A DNA stretch of 64,000 bases from Octopus sinensis (Eukaryota): contig NC_043004.1 of the NCBI RefSeq assembly GCF_006345805.1, positions 100,936,001-101,000,000 of the forward strand, read 5' to 3'. Shown one piece after another: positions 37,201 through 50,746 of the stretch. Both the position numbers and the translations under genes were made by a program. The notes beneath the pieces are model-generated. The model worked only from the letters and a program-made list of their open reading frames with translations. It made no database searches and was not told the DNA's origin. Numbering within the stretch: position 1 is the first letter of the stretch; each line of letters starts with the position of its first letter.

Positions 37201-37737
37201 AATGTATGTATATATGTGTGTGTATGACTGTATATACATATATGTATATATATGGAAATATACGCGTACATGTGAAAAGATATATGTATATACGTGTGTA
37301 TATGAATTCCCGTATTAGCATATATGAAAATGTATATATGCATATATATATATATATATATATGTCATATGTCATATAAATGTGTGTATGTATAACGGTT
37401 TCATGTATGTATGTATGTATGCATGCATGTCTCTATTTATATGTGTGTACATACATAATTAACATCGTATTTCCAACGAGTTAGAGAAGAGTCATAAAAA
37501 GGAAAAAAATTGCAAAGATGCACAAGCACGTGCACTCACACCGATATTCAACACATACATTTTAATATATACATACACACATATATATACATGTTTTATA
37601 TACACATATACTTACATGTGTGTGATATATATATATATATATGCATATATATATGTATATATATATATATATTATATATTATAGAACATATATATATATT
37701 TACATAATATACATATATTATATATATATATTATATC

Positions 37738-37775
<38 letters not shown>

Positions 37776-38190
37776 ATATATATATGTATATATATATGGT
37801 GACACACATTATCCCCTCTTAAGAGAGGCTTTAAATCCTAAATCCCCGATATCTAGACTGAAAGTACTTTAGAGAAAGAATCATTAACCACAACAAATAT
37901 TGTTCCCAGTTTCTGCCTCGGGTCTTTTCCTCTAATTATCTCATCAAAACTCTCCCTCATTTTGCCAAAGGCTCAACATTGAACAAGTGGTTGGCATTCA
38001 CTTAAGCCATTTTAGAGAGTTTGCTCAATTATGAGCGATGCTTGTTGTATAGCACCGTGTAATTAGCGTGAGGTGTGAGGTGGTTGATAAACGGAGAGAA
38101 ATTGATCAATTTAGTATTTAGCCATTTTTGCCCTCACTTCCTCACTCCTCTCTCTCATTTCTCTATCTATCTATCTACCTATCTATCTAC

Positions 38191-38240
<50 letters not shown>

Positions 38241-38633
38241 GCCTGTCTATCTATCTCCCTGTCATATTTCACTGTTTGTTTCTCTTTTCCGTATGTATTT
38301 CTATCATTCATTATTTTCTCTTTCTGACTCCGTTCCTCCGTGACATTATCTATGTCTCTAGCTCCTCCATCTGATTTTCTGTGTTGTTATCGTTCATTTC
38401 ATGTTTTCTCTATTTCTCTCCCATCTCTCCCCCCCTCTCCCCCCCCCCCCTCTCCCCCCCCCTCTCTCTCTCTCTCTCTGTCACTTACAATCTCCCCATA
38501 TATTATATTCTCTATTTTATTTCTCCTGTTCGTCTCTATTCCTGTCTTTTATTTCATTATATTCTTATCTTTCTCTTGTTTTCTTATATTTCTCTCTTCT
38601 CTCTCTCTCCCTCTTCCACACTTTTTACGCTTT

Positions 38634-38672
<39 letters not shown>

Positions 38673-39324
38673 TCTTCCCACTTTTTACGCTTTCCTCTTC
38701 TCTATCTCTTTGCACCTCTATTCTCTCTAGTCTTTATAAGTATACATATACATATAATGCATGCATATACATACATAATAACATTTTCCTCTTCATCCTT
38801 CCTTGTGTCCACTTCTCTCCGTTACTATCTTCATTCAGTCACTTGTGTTTCCTCACCCTCTTATCTCTCTCTATTACTTCATCTTTTACACACACACACA
38901 CATACACACACCCACCAACCACCATCTCCACACCGCATACACATACTCCTTATTGGCTCCTTCCATGCCATACACTGTTGTAACTCTGATGCATTCCATA
39001 CTGCCACTGTTACCGTCTCCCGTGCACCAAATATCCACTTTCTTACCTGCCATGCAAGAAACTAAAATTCAAATAATATATATATAGTAGAAATTTTATT
39101 GCAGCCATAACTAATGGATATAATTAACTTATATGGTCATGCTATTATACTTTGAATGCAGCCATAACAAATAGATATAATTAATATATATGGCGAAATT
39201 ATTAAACAGTAAATTCATCCATAGCTAATGGTTGTAATTAATTCTCTTATATGATAAAATTATTTCGTAAACTATGAATGCAGCAATAGCATAATATATA
39301 CATAAATAATATAATAGTATAACA

Positions 39325-39379
<55 letters not shown>

Positions 39380-39421
39380 TAATAATAATAATAATAATAA
39401 TAATGATAATAATAATGATAA

Positions 39422-39480
<59 letters not shown>

Positions 39481-39506
39481 TAATAATAATGATAATAATA
39501 ATAATG

Positions 39507-39541
<35 letters not shown>

Positions 39542-39815
39542 TATAAAAATAATAATAATAATAATAACTAAATAATAATAATAATAATAACTATAATAAT
39601 AATAATAATAACTATAATAATAATAATAATAATAATTATAATAATAACTGTAATAATAATAATAATAATAATAATAACTATAATAATAATAATAATATAA
39701 TAATAATAATGATAATAATAATAATAATAATAATGATAATATAATAATAACTATATAATAATAATAATGATAATAACTATAATAATAAGATAATAATAAT
39801 AATAATAATAATAAC

Positions 39816-39856
<41 letters not shown>

Positions 39857-39865
39857 TGATGATGA
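39325..39865 (+). repeat. (AAT)n microsatellite
   Basis: Direct reading. Confidence 0.97.
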
Positions 39866-39970
39866 TATAGATATAGCTACTGGATATTAAAAACCATCAC
39901 TGCGGTTTTAAGAGAGAGAAACATGATCTGCCGCTTTTCTTCATATCCCACCAACATGATGAATATTATA

Positions 39971-41830
39971 CAATATACCTCGACTTAACGATCTAATTGG
40001 TTCTAAATGTCAAGTCGTTAAGTCGCGATTGTTAATTGAGAGAATAATTCACATTGAAGTAATTTTACGTTCTTGCTGATAGGATTTGGTATCAGTATGT
40101 ATAACCAAGTATTTAATACCTCATTTATATGAAATAACTCTTTTATTATAATAATAAACAATCAATTGGCACTAGGGGTACTTTTTTCTGCTACTTGGTG
40201 TTGCTTTGCCGCTAGTTTTGAGTTGATCTCTCGGTGCTAGTTTGTAACTAATATTTGGTTCGTGAAAGCTGGCGAGCTGGCAATCGTTAGCACACTGGAC
40301 GAAATGTTTCGCAGCATTTCGTTTGTCCTTATGTTCTGAGCTCAAATGTTGCCGAGGCCGACTTTGCTTTTAATCCTTTCGGGGTTCGATAAAATAAGTA
40401 CCAGTTGAGCAATGGGATCGATGTAAACGGCTTACCCACTCACTCGAAATTGCTGACCATGTGCCAAAATTTGAAACCAGTATTTGATTCGAGTGAAGTA
40501 GGAATCACTTTGTGTCAAGAGTTCCTTGCTCCAGTGACCGTTATTTCTAGTCTCCATAATTCCCAATAGCAATCGTGACATTTATTCAGACCTGTAATTT
40601 GTCTACTTTGCTCAAAATTTTAATCTGAGAATTCGAAAATATAAAAAAGCTATTTGAATATGCGAAAACTTCGTCAAAGAATTAACATGGTTTAGATCTC
40701 TTTAGCTTTTTTTTTTCCATTAATTTCTTTCATTCCAATAAGGCCTCCGTTTGTGAGCTGTAGTTTCTATGACTGAAACAGATAATTTGTCATTCGTAGA
40801 AACCTCAAAAACGTAATCGATTAGCAATATCAATGATTGCTTCTGTTTCGTTTTTTACAAAATCTATTGGTTCTTCCAATCCTTCAAAATTATCGATGAA
40901 TTGAATGAAGAATTTGTTCCAACCGTCTTCCATATTTTTCTCTGTAATTTGTTCCCGGGTCCTTTAATATTGCTGCAGTACTGAGAACATTGATGATTTC
41001 CTGAACTCTTTTCATTTTGGGTTTCCTTCCTAATCAATAGTATTTATTAACTGATCAAATATGAGCCGAAGATAATATACTTTAAATACTGGAAACACAC
41101 ATTCGTCCAAAGGTTGTAAAAGTTATGTTGCATTTTACAGCATAAACTGTAATCTAACATTTGTGTATGAGCAGCACAAGAAATGGGATTAGATACAAAG
41201 TGATGTGAAGACTTATCTTCATTCAGGAAGTGGTAGCTCAAGCATTTTTATTTACTTTCTAAGGAGAAGTGTAGCTTGTTATGGAGCTTGAAAGTGTCTT
41301 TTCATTTTCGATAAGAAGTACAAGCACGGGTATTAACTCTTCAAATGAAGTTTTAAATTGCAATGCAATCAAACAATGTTAGCTGATCTTTAAAACCTGG
41401 CTTCAATGATGCTTTTTTGGGGGGTTTTTTATTTGTTTGTTTGTTTGTTTTTTCTTTTACAATAGGGCTTCCTGCTTGCATGCGCTACACAAAAAAAGTT
41501 TTATTTCTTCAGCGTTAACAATTCGTGAGCGTATGTTAAGCACTCCCGTTTTCTTCTTCCACTTTTGCATTATACCTACCAGCTTCCTTTTATATCTACA
41601 AAATCAGAAAAACTTGCAGTCGATGTTTCTTCACAGCTGCCTTCTTCTATTTCTATCTCATTAGATAAGGATTTAACTCAAATAACAGCTTACATAATAA
41701 GTATGTTGCATTTAATCAGTTCTAAATGTTGATAACGCAAAGAATAAGCCTAACCAGTCCTTTATTACATATTCCCGTAGATTACAAGGACTTAGCTCTA
41801 TCAGTTTCATTCAAATATTTTTCTTTATCA
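39971..41830 (-). mobile_element. pogo/Tigger-like DNA transposon relic
   Basis: TA|CAATATACCTCGACTTAACGA terminus at 39969-39991. Minus-strand PGFK-DQLTLF (41360-41400) and LQPLDECVFPVFKVYYLR (41066-41119) match pogo DDE_1 motifs. The other end was not found. Confidence 0.7.
40270..40480 (+). mobile_element. SINE family B variant inserted in the pogo relic
   Basis: GGCGAGCTGGCA..GAGGCCGACTTTGCTTTTAATCCTTTCGGGG. Confidence 0.8.
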
Positions 41831-42050
41831 ATAAAGAAAACTTTGGAGCTAAATCTTTAAGAGCCCTTTTTTTTTTTAGTTGTTTTGTTTATTTATGAAC
41901 ACGTATTTCCTTTCCAAATATATATTGTATTTTATTTCTTTACACCATCCTGTCATTTTGGCACATAGGAAAGATGGTAACCAAAAATGCACGAACGACA
42001 ACTCGTAATCTAGCTGAATGACTGAATAAACGGATAAACATTCATAAACA

Positions 42051-42430
42051 GGCGCAATGTCCCAGTGGTTAGGACAGCGGACTCGCGGTCATAGGATCGC
42101 GGTTTCGATTCCCAGACCGGGCGTTGTGAGTGTTTATTGAGCGAAAACACCTAAAGCTCCACGTGGCTCCGGCAGGGAATGGTGGTGATCCCTGCTGTAC
42201 TCTTTCACCACAACTTTCTCTCACTCTTACTTCCTATTTCTGTTGTACCTGTATTTCAAAGGGCTGGCCTTGTCACTCTCTGTGTCACGCTGAATATCCC
42301 CGAGAACTACGTTAAGGGTGCACGTGTCTGTGGAGTGCTCAGCCACTTACACGTTAATTTCACGAGCAGGCTGTTCCGTTGATTCGGATCAACCGGAACC
42401 TTCGTCGTCGTAACCGACGGAGTGCTTCCA
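42051..42430 (+). mobile_element. SINE family C, full length
   Basis: As 22400. Confidence 0.9.
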
Positions 42431-42629
42431 GTAAACATTCACTGCAAATATTACTGATTTAGATTGCAGTAAAAGAACTTTTGAAGCGATCTCTACGAAT
42501 GTTCAGCGTTTATTTTTACCTAATTTACATTTATATTCTTTTTGCTTTTAAATTTAAAGCAATATCGCTAAAGCAAAGGGTCATTTAATTCGCTATCTAT
42601 AAGTGGAATATTATTTTATGGGTAAAGGG

Positions 42630-42920
42630 TAAATACTCCCTTTGGTCATGAATGGTCATGGGGTTTGCTCTAGAAAGTTCCCCTACCAAGAACAAGTCCG
42701 GACAAGGTTGTATATGGGCGACGAGCAGTGGCCAATCCATACCAGCTCCCACACTCTCCCCGCCGCCAATTTTATCGAAGGGAAAGGCAAAGGCCTGTAC
42801 AGCTTGACACCAATGACGTCGCGATTCATTTCCACAGCTGAGTGAATTGGAGCAACGGGAAATAAATTCGGGAGTCGAACTCACTACCTCATGGCTGTGA
42901 GCCCAACGCCCTAACCACCG
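42630..42920 (-). mobile_element. tRNA-derived SINE family D (C'-like head, different 3' tail)
   Basis: Head reverse complement CCCTAACCAC/GAACTCACTACC and CAGCTGAGTGAA..GGAGCAAC shared with C'; the tail is unlike any other family here. Confidence 0.6.
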
Positions 42921-43604
42921 AGGCGAGAGCAGTCTAAGGTATCTGTAAGGACTACTGTTTAATGTGTACATTTAAAATGATCCAATACTGTCCAAAATAC
43001 AAAGGATTGAAGTTTTATTATAGTCACCGTTTTGTGCATTCTTGAAACAGCTGTTGATAGTCAGAACACGCATTTTCTATACATATTTCATTCTTCTAAC
43101 ACAGAAAGATAGATGGCTAATGAAAAAACCCCGATTTTATGTAGGGTGATGGATAACCAGTATTAGTAACCCTGCTCATAACGATAACAGGATAACCTTT
43201 TTCTGAAGACTAACTCATTAAATTACAATATATTTTCAACAGCATTTAATTATATTATATTATTAACGACTAGAGTAACAATGATATTGATTTAAAACTT
43301 TGACAGACGGACACAGATTTCCTGTCAATTGAAATGACCTCTGTGTGTTACAAACAATTGTTTTATCGACTCCAATAATATGAATATAAAGTTAACCTTG
43401 ACTAGGTTAATCAGGACTTATAGGCACGTAATTTAAAAATTGCATGTCATTTAATTATACACGCTGTATACAAAAACAATAACAATGATATTACATGAAC
43501 AACGTTTTAAAACTATTGCCACACGAATAACGATATTACACAACACACTTATTTAGAAACTACTAGCTTCGTGCATACAAGCGCATCCACACATATAGGT
43601 ACAT

Positions 43605-43638
<34 letters not shown>

Positions 43639-43884
43639 CATAAACATCAAACACTTTATAATAGCAATGCAGTGCACATCAACAAAGTCTTAGACAAGAT
43701 ATATAAAATACAGCAGCCCTAAACAAAAACCTAAAATGAGAGGCATCACACGACAATTACCGCAATAAGTGTTGCTGCAACTACAACTACTACTACTGCT
43801 ACTACTACCACTACTACTACTACTACCACCACCACCACTACTGTCGCTGCTACTGATGCTGATAATAATAATAATAATAATAAT

Positions 43885-44197
43885 GGTTTCAAATGTTGGC
43901 ACAAGGCCAGCAATTTCGGGAGCCAGTGTAAGTCGATAACATGAACCCCAGTGCACAACTAGTACTTATTTCATTGAATAATGATGATAATGATAATAAT
44001 AATAGTAACAGTAATAATAATAATAATAATAATAATAATATAATAATAATAATAATAATGGTTTCAAATTTTGGCACAAGGCCAGCAATTTCGGTAGCCG
44101 GTGTAAGTCGATAACATGAACCCCAGTGCACAACTAGTACTTATTTCATTGAATAATGATGATAATGATAATAATAATAATAGTAACAGTAATAATG

Positions 44198-44240
<43 letters not shown>
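43885..44240. repeat. 175 bp tandem duplication of a truncated SINE B variant plus (AAT)n
   Basis: GGTTTCAAA..GGCACAAGGCCAGC starts at 43885 and 44060. Confidence 0.9.
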
Positions 44241-44265
<25 letters not shown>

Positions 44266-44780
44266 TTTGCCACTACTACTGCAAGCCATTAATGATAACG
44301 GCAATCGCAATCACTTATTGACAATATGACTTGTGGAATTTCATCCTGCAGAAAGAAAATAAACGGAGCGAAATTCTAGTCTCAGAACAAACCCGCTGTG
44401 CTTCACGATGCATCAGAGAAATCTCATTCCTGAAGTGAAACAAACAACGTTTCATTTCTTCAATTGCTGTTAATGTAGCAATTCCTCAAGAACCGTCTTT
44501 TTATCTTTTATATTTCGCAGGAAACCTTAGGCAAGGTCAACCAATCCGGTAGCATTCACTTAAACAATAAAATCTATATAAAACTTGCTTGCTAGTATAC
44601 TTCCACAAGCAATTTTTCATTGGAGTGTGCAAGTCAGTTCTAGAAGAATATAGAAAAACATGTTTCCCCCTCATCTCGTTGCCGATCAGACAAGAATTGT
44701 TGTTCAATTTGTTTTAAAGTATATGTATGCAATCTTTGTGTGTGTCTCTAAGTATATACATATATATTGGTACATATATA

Positions 44781-44826
<46 letters not shown>

Positions 44827-44993
44827 ATACACACATGAAAATGTACGTGTATATATATATATGTATGTATATTTGTATATATGTGTGTGTATACATTTGG
44901 ATGTGCGTATACATATATTTTATTATATGCATACATATATATATACATATATGTGTGTGTATATATGTACATATATATATATATATGTGTGTG

Positions 44994-45032
<39 letters not shown>

Positions 45033-45087
45033 CGCACATATATTTATATTTGCATATAGTATGCGCGAATGTGTGAGTGTAAGTATG

Positions 45088-45132
<45 letters not shown>

Positions 45133-45325
45133 ACATATATATATTTATATATACACATACATAGATAGATGCATATATGTCCACATACATGTGTTATATG
45201 CGCATGTGTGAATATATAAATATATATGGATATATACACATAATTATAAGTGCATACATATATGTATGTATATATGCATGTATATATGTGTGTATAGATA
45301 CACACACACACACACACACACACAC

Positions 45326-45363
<38 letters not shown>

Positions 45364-46086
45364 TAGACGAGATGTAAAAAAACCAATCATGAAATGTTTT
45401 TGAGACTATTTGTGTGTAAGTACGAGTATGTGGTTATTTTTGTAATTTTCTTTCAATGTTTTTATATCAATCTTCTAGAGATATTTTATATCAATTTGTC
45501 TTGAAAGTTTTGCAACTTGAACTAGCGTTGCTTTGCTTACATCGAAGAAGAATCGAAAAAATATTTTCAATATTTTCTGTTTCTTTTTTTTTTTTGTTTT
45601 TTTTTTTGCTCTTTGCTTTTGATTTCTAACAAAAGTTTGTTCCAAGATCTTTGATCCAAAATATATGGCATTAAATCATTCATGCGTGACATTTTCTTTT
45701 CACAATGTTAAACATAAGTTCAAAAATATGTGACATATGTTCAAAGACGTGTCATGCTACAGAGACAATAATACGTGGCCTGTAGTACCATAATTTATTT
45801 GTCTGATGATCTCCAAGCACGCATAACAGATTAGAACTAATCATGGCTGAATAAGATTAACATTGGTGCCTTTAACAGACCATGTACGACTAGGTCACAG
45901 CTGCCATATTTCATTATAAGATTATATTCCTAAGATTTCTGATACTTTTACGAGAATGGCTTGCAGTGATCAATTTATTTCGCCTCATCTTCAATGTATA
46001 CATCTGCCTTTGTTTTGATGTGGATATATTTCTCGATTATCTTCATCTAGCTGTATCGTGAATATATATATATATATATATATATA

Positions 46087-46117
<31 letters not shown>

Positions 46118-46417
46118 ACAGATAGATACATAATTAATATAGATATATATACATAAATTAATATAGGTATATATATATATATACATATATAGGTATATAT
46201 ACAGACAGATAGATACATAAATTCATATACGTATATATATATATGTATTGTATGTGTGTGTGTGTGTTAAATTAACATAGACAGCCGTGTGCTACGTGAT
46301 ACCAAACAAGAAAACTATAATTGTCACTGATTATGACTAGGGTGTTAGGAGACCTACAATACATATGTATACATTGGAGCTTTTTAGCTCTTATTCCTAA
46401 TTATATATAATGACAAT

Positions 46418-46499
<82 letters not shown>

Positions 46500-46501
<2 letters not shown>

Positions 46502-47265
46502 AACAAAAATGCAATAGAGTGCAATAAAACATTCGGACAGATAGACGATACAAGGCGGACAAGAGAAACAACAAATTAGAAGGACAGGCAAAAGAAAAAT
46601 AAGACGGGTCATTCGTGGCATTCTTTCCTTACTCAAGTCCCAGAAGTCACACGACCGTTTCGGGCAGCTACACTTGAGACGGTTCGATCTGGTTGCCCCC
46701 AAAAAAGTGTAAGCTAAGAGCATTAGAGCCCTTTGTAGGAAAGCTAGCGAATGTGTACGGCAACAAAGACAAAAAAAAAACGGGGAACATGGTACACAAA
46801 AAGACGAAAAATGGAGAACATGGTACACAATTACGAATTATAAACAAGAAAGTAACACCAGGTGTCTTTCGACTGAGAACGAATCAAATTGATCTGGGGT
46901 GTATGAAGAGAAAGCGTAAAGGCAGGAACATAGGAGATGGACATAAGAGGTGCTGACGGTCAGCAGTCAGGCCAAAAAGGAAAGATCATTGCTGGCCGGA
47001 CACCAGTCACATGGAAGGAGGAGAAATGGGTAGGAGACAGCAGGATTGACGGATTAGAAAAAAAAATTAGAGACAAAAGAAAGGTACAAGGGAGATAAAC
47101 GAGTGGGAAATAGTGGGAGCTAAAAAAGAGAGGGTCAAGAAAGAGAGGGGAGCGAGAAAAAGAAAAAGGGAAGAAAGTAAGGGGGAAATAAAAGAGAGAG
47201 TAAGAGTCGTACAAAATATAGATACATACCTACTATAAGGTGAGCACAAGTGTGTACGTACGCCG

Positions 47266-47313
<48 letters not shown>

Positions 47314-47480
47314 GGAACAAAAATGCAATAGGGTACAATAAAACATTCGGACAGTTCGACGATACAAGGCGGACAAGAGAAACAACATGTAGAAGGATAA
47401 GCAAAAGAAAAAAAAGTCGGGTCATTCGTGGCCATCTTCCCTCAGTCAAGTCCCAGAAGTTACGACCGTTTCGGGCAGAT
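46500..47480 (-). mobile_element. Partial tandem of a pseudo-LTR-like element, each copy ending in (TA)n
   Basis: 46500-46670 is repeated at 47313-47478; HHR-like scaffold at 46647-46712. Confidence 0.6.
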
Positions 47481-47920
47481 GCAAGTATGTATTTGGTTGT
47501 TGGCGAATTGGTGCCAACACCATTTGCAACGGGGAAATAATTTCGAGAATAAAGTATTCTTCAAAACTGAATTATTAATTAAATGAAAGTTTTACAAGAG
47601 GACAGCTGCGAAAACGAGTTACTGCTTCTTTTTACAATATATCTATTTTCGTATTTGTTATCAAATAGATGCCACTGAACACTTTGGCAAGAAACTCACG
47701 AGTGAAAAGTGATCAGTGACAGTAGAGCTCTTGTGAATTGCTTCCAGTTTGCAGTTGTTGGTGGTGGTTGTTTGAAAAGTTTCTTATACCAAAGAACTCG
47801 AACGTTCTATGTAGACAATATTATTATAGATTTAATTTGAAAATAACTTTTTGATTTAGTTTGTAGCTGCTCTAAGAAAATTAAAACTTCTTTGCGACAT
47901 TCACATTTTACCCTTCCGCA

Positions 47921-48046
47921 ATGAACCAGCAAAAGATTCAGAAAATTCTAAACAGTATGAAGAAGAATATGGACTATCCAATTTGTTTGGATTTAATGAC
48001 TAACCCAGTTTCTACAACATGTAATCACCACTTCTGCAAGGAGTGA
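47921..48046 (+). pseudogene. BRCA1: BRCA1-like N-terminal RING finger exon (disrupted or possibly edited)
   Basis: MNQQKIQKILNSMKKNMDYPICLDLMTNPVSTTCNHHFCKE* aligns by eye to BRCA1 [37 protein letters not shown]. Acceptor-like TTTGTAG at ~47859 and donor CG|GTAAGG at 48051/48052. First Cys is TAT; a later Cys position is TGA. Confidence 0.72.
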
Positions 48047-48299
48047 AACCGGTAAGGTGAATGAACATCTTTTAGAATTGCATTTTCAAGCCTGCTTTCG
48101 TATATAATTCCACTCGTGCGGTACCCTACAACTCCACTTTGTTATATATATATATATATATAATCATATGAGTATACGCATGGTAATAAATATGTACATG
48201 TACAAATATGCATGTGTGGGTGCGTGTGTGAGTGAATTTGGGGAAGTGATAATCCCCTCGAAATCAGTTTTGTCTTTCATACATTCCAAATCGATTCTT

Positions 48300-48960
48300 C
48301 ATGTCGAAACTTCATGTCTCTCTTGCAGATATCTTTGAAGCGAAGATGGGTAGTCCTTACCTTGAGTGTGTCCAATTCACCATGCAGCAGATCCTCCTGT
48401 TTGACGTGCGGTGTACATGACCCAAACAACGATAGAGTTACTGTTGTAGTAGGGGAGGAGGCTAAATATTTGTGCGTGAGCCAGGACCTAATTGCTGTGT
48501 TGATTATTCGGTCAGTCTACTTGTGTCTCAGACTGTGTAGGTGAAGGGCATTTAGACACTGCACACTATTATCTGGAGTAAATACTCCATGTCTCACTGC
48601 TGTATAGTTGGGTGTTGAGGATGCAAATCCTGTAGAGTAAAATCTTGGTCCTTGCCGTTAGCTTACGGTTTTCCCAATCCTAATTGGTTTTGAAGCTGCT
48701 CCTCCGATGTCTTTTGATTTCAGACTCTGGAGTGAGGTTACCTTTGACAGTGGAGCTCGCGTTAATCGCTCCCAGTTTGGATTTACTGGTGGTGATGACA
48801 ATAGAATTCTCAATACCTTGGCCTATTACTTTTATATTCGTCAGACTGACATTCAAGGCGCATCATCTGTAAATGGCACGTTCTGGATGGCTACGTTGCG
48901 TACTTTGGTTTCGCCCTCAATTTATACGGACTAGGCAGTTTCCCGTCTGATTTTGTACGA
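48300..48960 (-). mobile_element. RTE (BovB-like) LINE RT C-terminal relic
   Basis: Minus-strand TDDA, SETWSIY, LNALHLHSLRH, LLHGELDTLKVRTTHLRFKDICKRDMK. Confidence 0.8.
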
Positions 48961-49214
48961 AGGTAAATACTGTCAGTTGATGTTCCTAAGGCGTGTTTCA
49001 GCTTGGCATAAAACATAGGTAACCAATAGGTTGATGGCGAGTACATACTTCAGATTCACTCCTCTGTGGACACTGAATGGGAGTAAATTCATAATGCTGT
49101 ATATATAGTGTATACACGTGCACACACACGAACATGTGTGTATGTATGTATGTATGTATGTATGTATGTATGTATGTATGTATGTATGTATGCATGTATG
49201 TATGTATGTATCTA

Positions 49215-49665
49215 GGCGTAGGAGTGGCTATATGGTAAGTAGCTTGCTAACGAACCACATGGTTCCGGGTTCAGTCCCACTGCATGGTACCTTGGGTAAG
49301 TGTCTACTACTATAGCCTCGGACCGACCAAAGCCTTGTGAGTGGATTTTGTTGACAGAAACTGAAAGAATACTGTCGTATATATGTATGTATATATATAT
49401 ATATTATATATATATATATTTATATATATGCATGTGTGTGTATGTGTTTGTGTGTCTGTGTTTGTTCCCCCAACATCGCTTGACAACCGATGCTGGTGTG
49501 TTCATGTCCCCGTAAACTTAGCGGTTCGGCAAGAGAGACCGATGGAATCAGTACTAGGCTTACAAAGAGTAAGTCCTGGGGTCCTGGGGTCGATTTTCTC
49601 GACTAAAGGTGGTGCTCCAGCATGGCCACAGCCAAATGACTGAAACAAGTAAAAGAGTAAAAGAG
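49215..49665 (+). mobile_element. SINE family A, full length
   Basis: Head GGCGTAGGAGTGGCT; tail CAGCATGGCCACAGCCAAATGACTGAAACAAGTAAAAGAG. Confidence 0.9.
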
Positions 49666-50233
49666 TATGTATATATGTATGTATGCATGTATGTATTGTT
49701 GTTTGGAATATAATAACTTAAATGTTGTCAAAGATAGTTTAACTTTCTGTGTACTACATATATGGTTTTATTTTGAGTATTTTATTGAATTTTTTTTTTT
49801 TTTGAAGTTTCTGTAGATATTTTATATCTTCAGTCTTCAACGAATTGGAATTTAAATATTAGTTTGTTTACACCAAAGAAGAATTGAAAGCGTAAAAAAA
49901 AGGAAAAAATCATTTCTTCAATGTTATATTTATTCTTTTGATCTATATTTCCGAAGTTAGTAATTTCAAGAATAGGTAGTATTGATCAAACTGTTATCCT
50001 AATTTTCTGTTAATTACACCTGCTACACACATCTAAAATAATAACTTTTGTTCTTTGAGACACGACTAACATCTGACCAATCGCATCGTTCTATCGCCGT
50101 GCCACACTCACTCCTAACACATTTCAGTGGTTTGTGCTCCTTTGATCGTAGTCAACTCGTCTGTGTTTAACACCTCAAAACTCATAGTAGACTCTTCATT
50201 GAACCGCTTTCACTCAGAAAGTGCGACGCAATT

Positions 50234-50255
50234 GAATTTTTCTTAGATAAATAAT

Positions 50256-50343
<88 letters not shown>

Positions 50344-50598
50344 TGTTTCTTTATTAGCCACACAGGGCTGCACACAGACAGGACAAAATTACAAGGTAGA
50401 GCTTTTCTTTTGGGGGTAAAAAAAGGGGGTTTGGTTTTCGATCAAAAGGGATCGTAAAGGGAAAGAAAGAGGACAATAAAAGGGGGAATAATTTTTTTTT
50501 TTTAAAAGTGGGGTGAGAATGATAGATAGATAGATAGATAGACAGATAGATAGGTAGGTAGGTAGGTAGGTAGGTAGGTAGGTAGGTAGGTAGGTAGG

Positions 50599-50672
<74 letters not shown>

Positions 50673-50714
50673 TGTAGGTAGGTAGGTACGTACGTACATA
50701 CGTACATACATACA

Positions 50715-50745
<31 letters not shown>
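50234..50745 (+). repeat. Compound (GATA)n/(GGTA)n/(CATA)n microsatellites
   Basis: Direct reading; two blocks separated by ~180 bp of other sequence. Confidence 0.9.
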
Positions 50746-50746
<1 letters not shown>

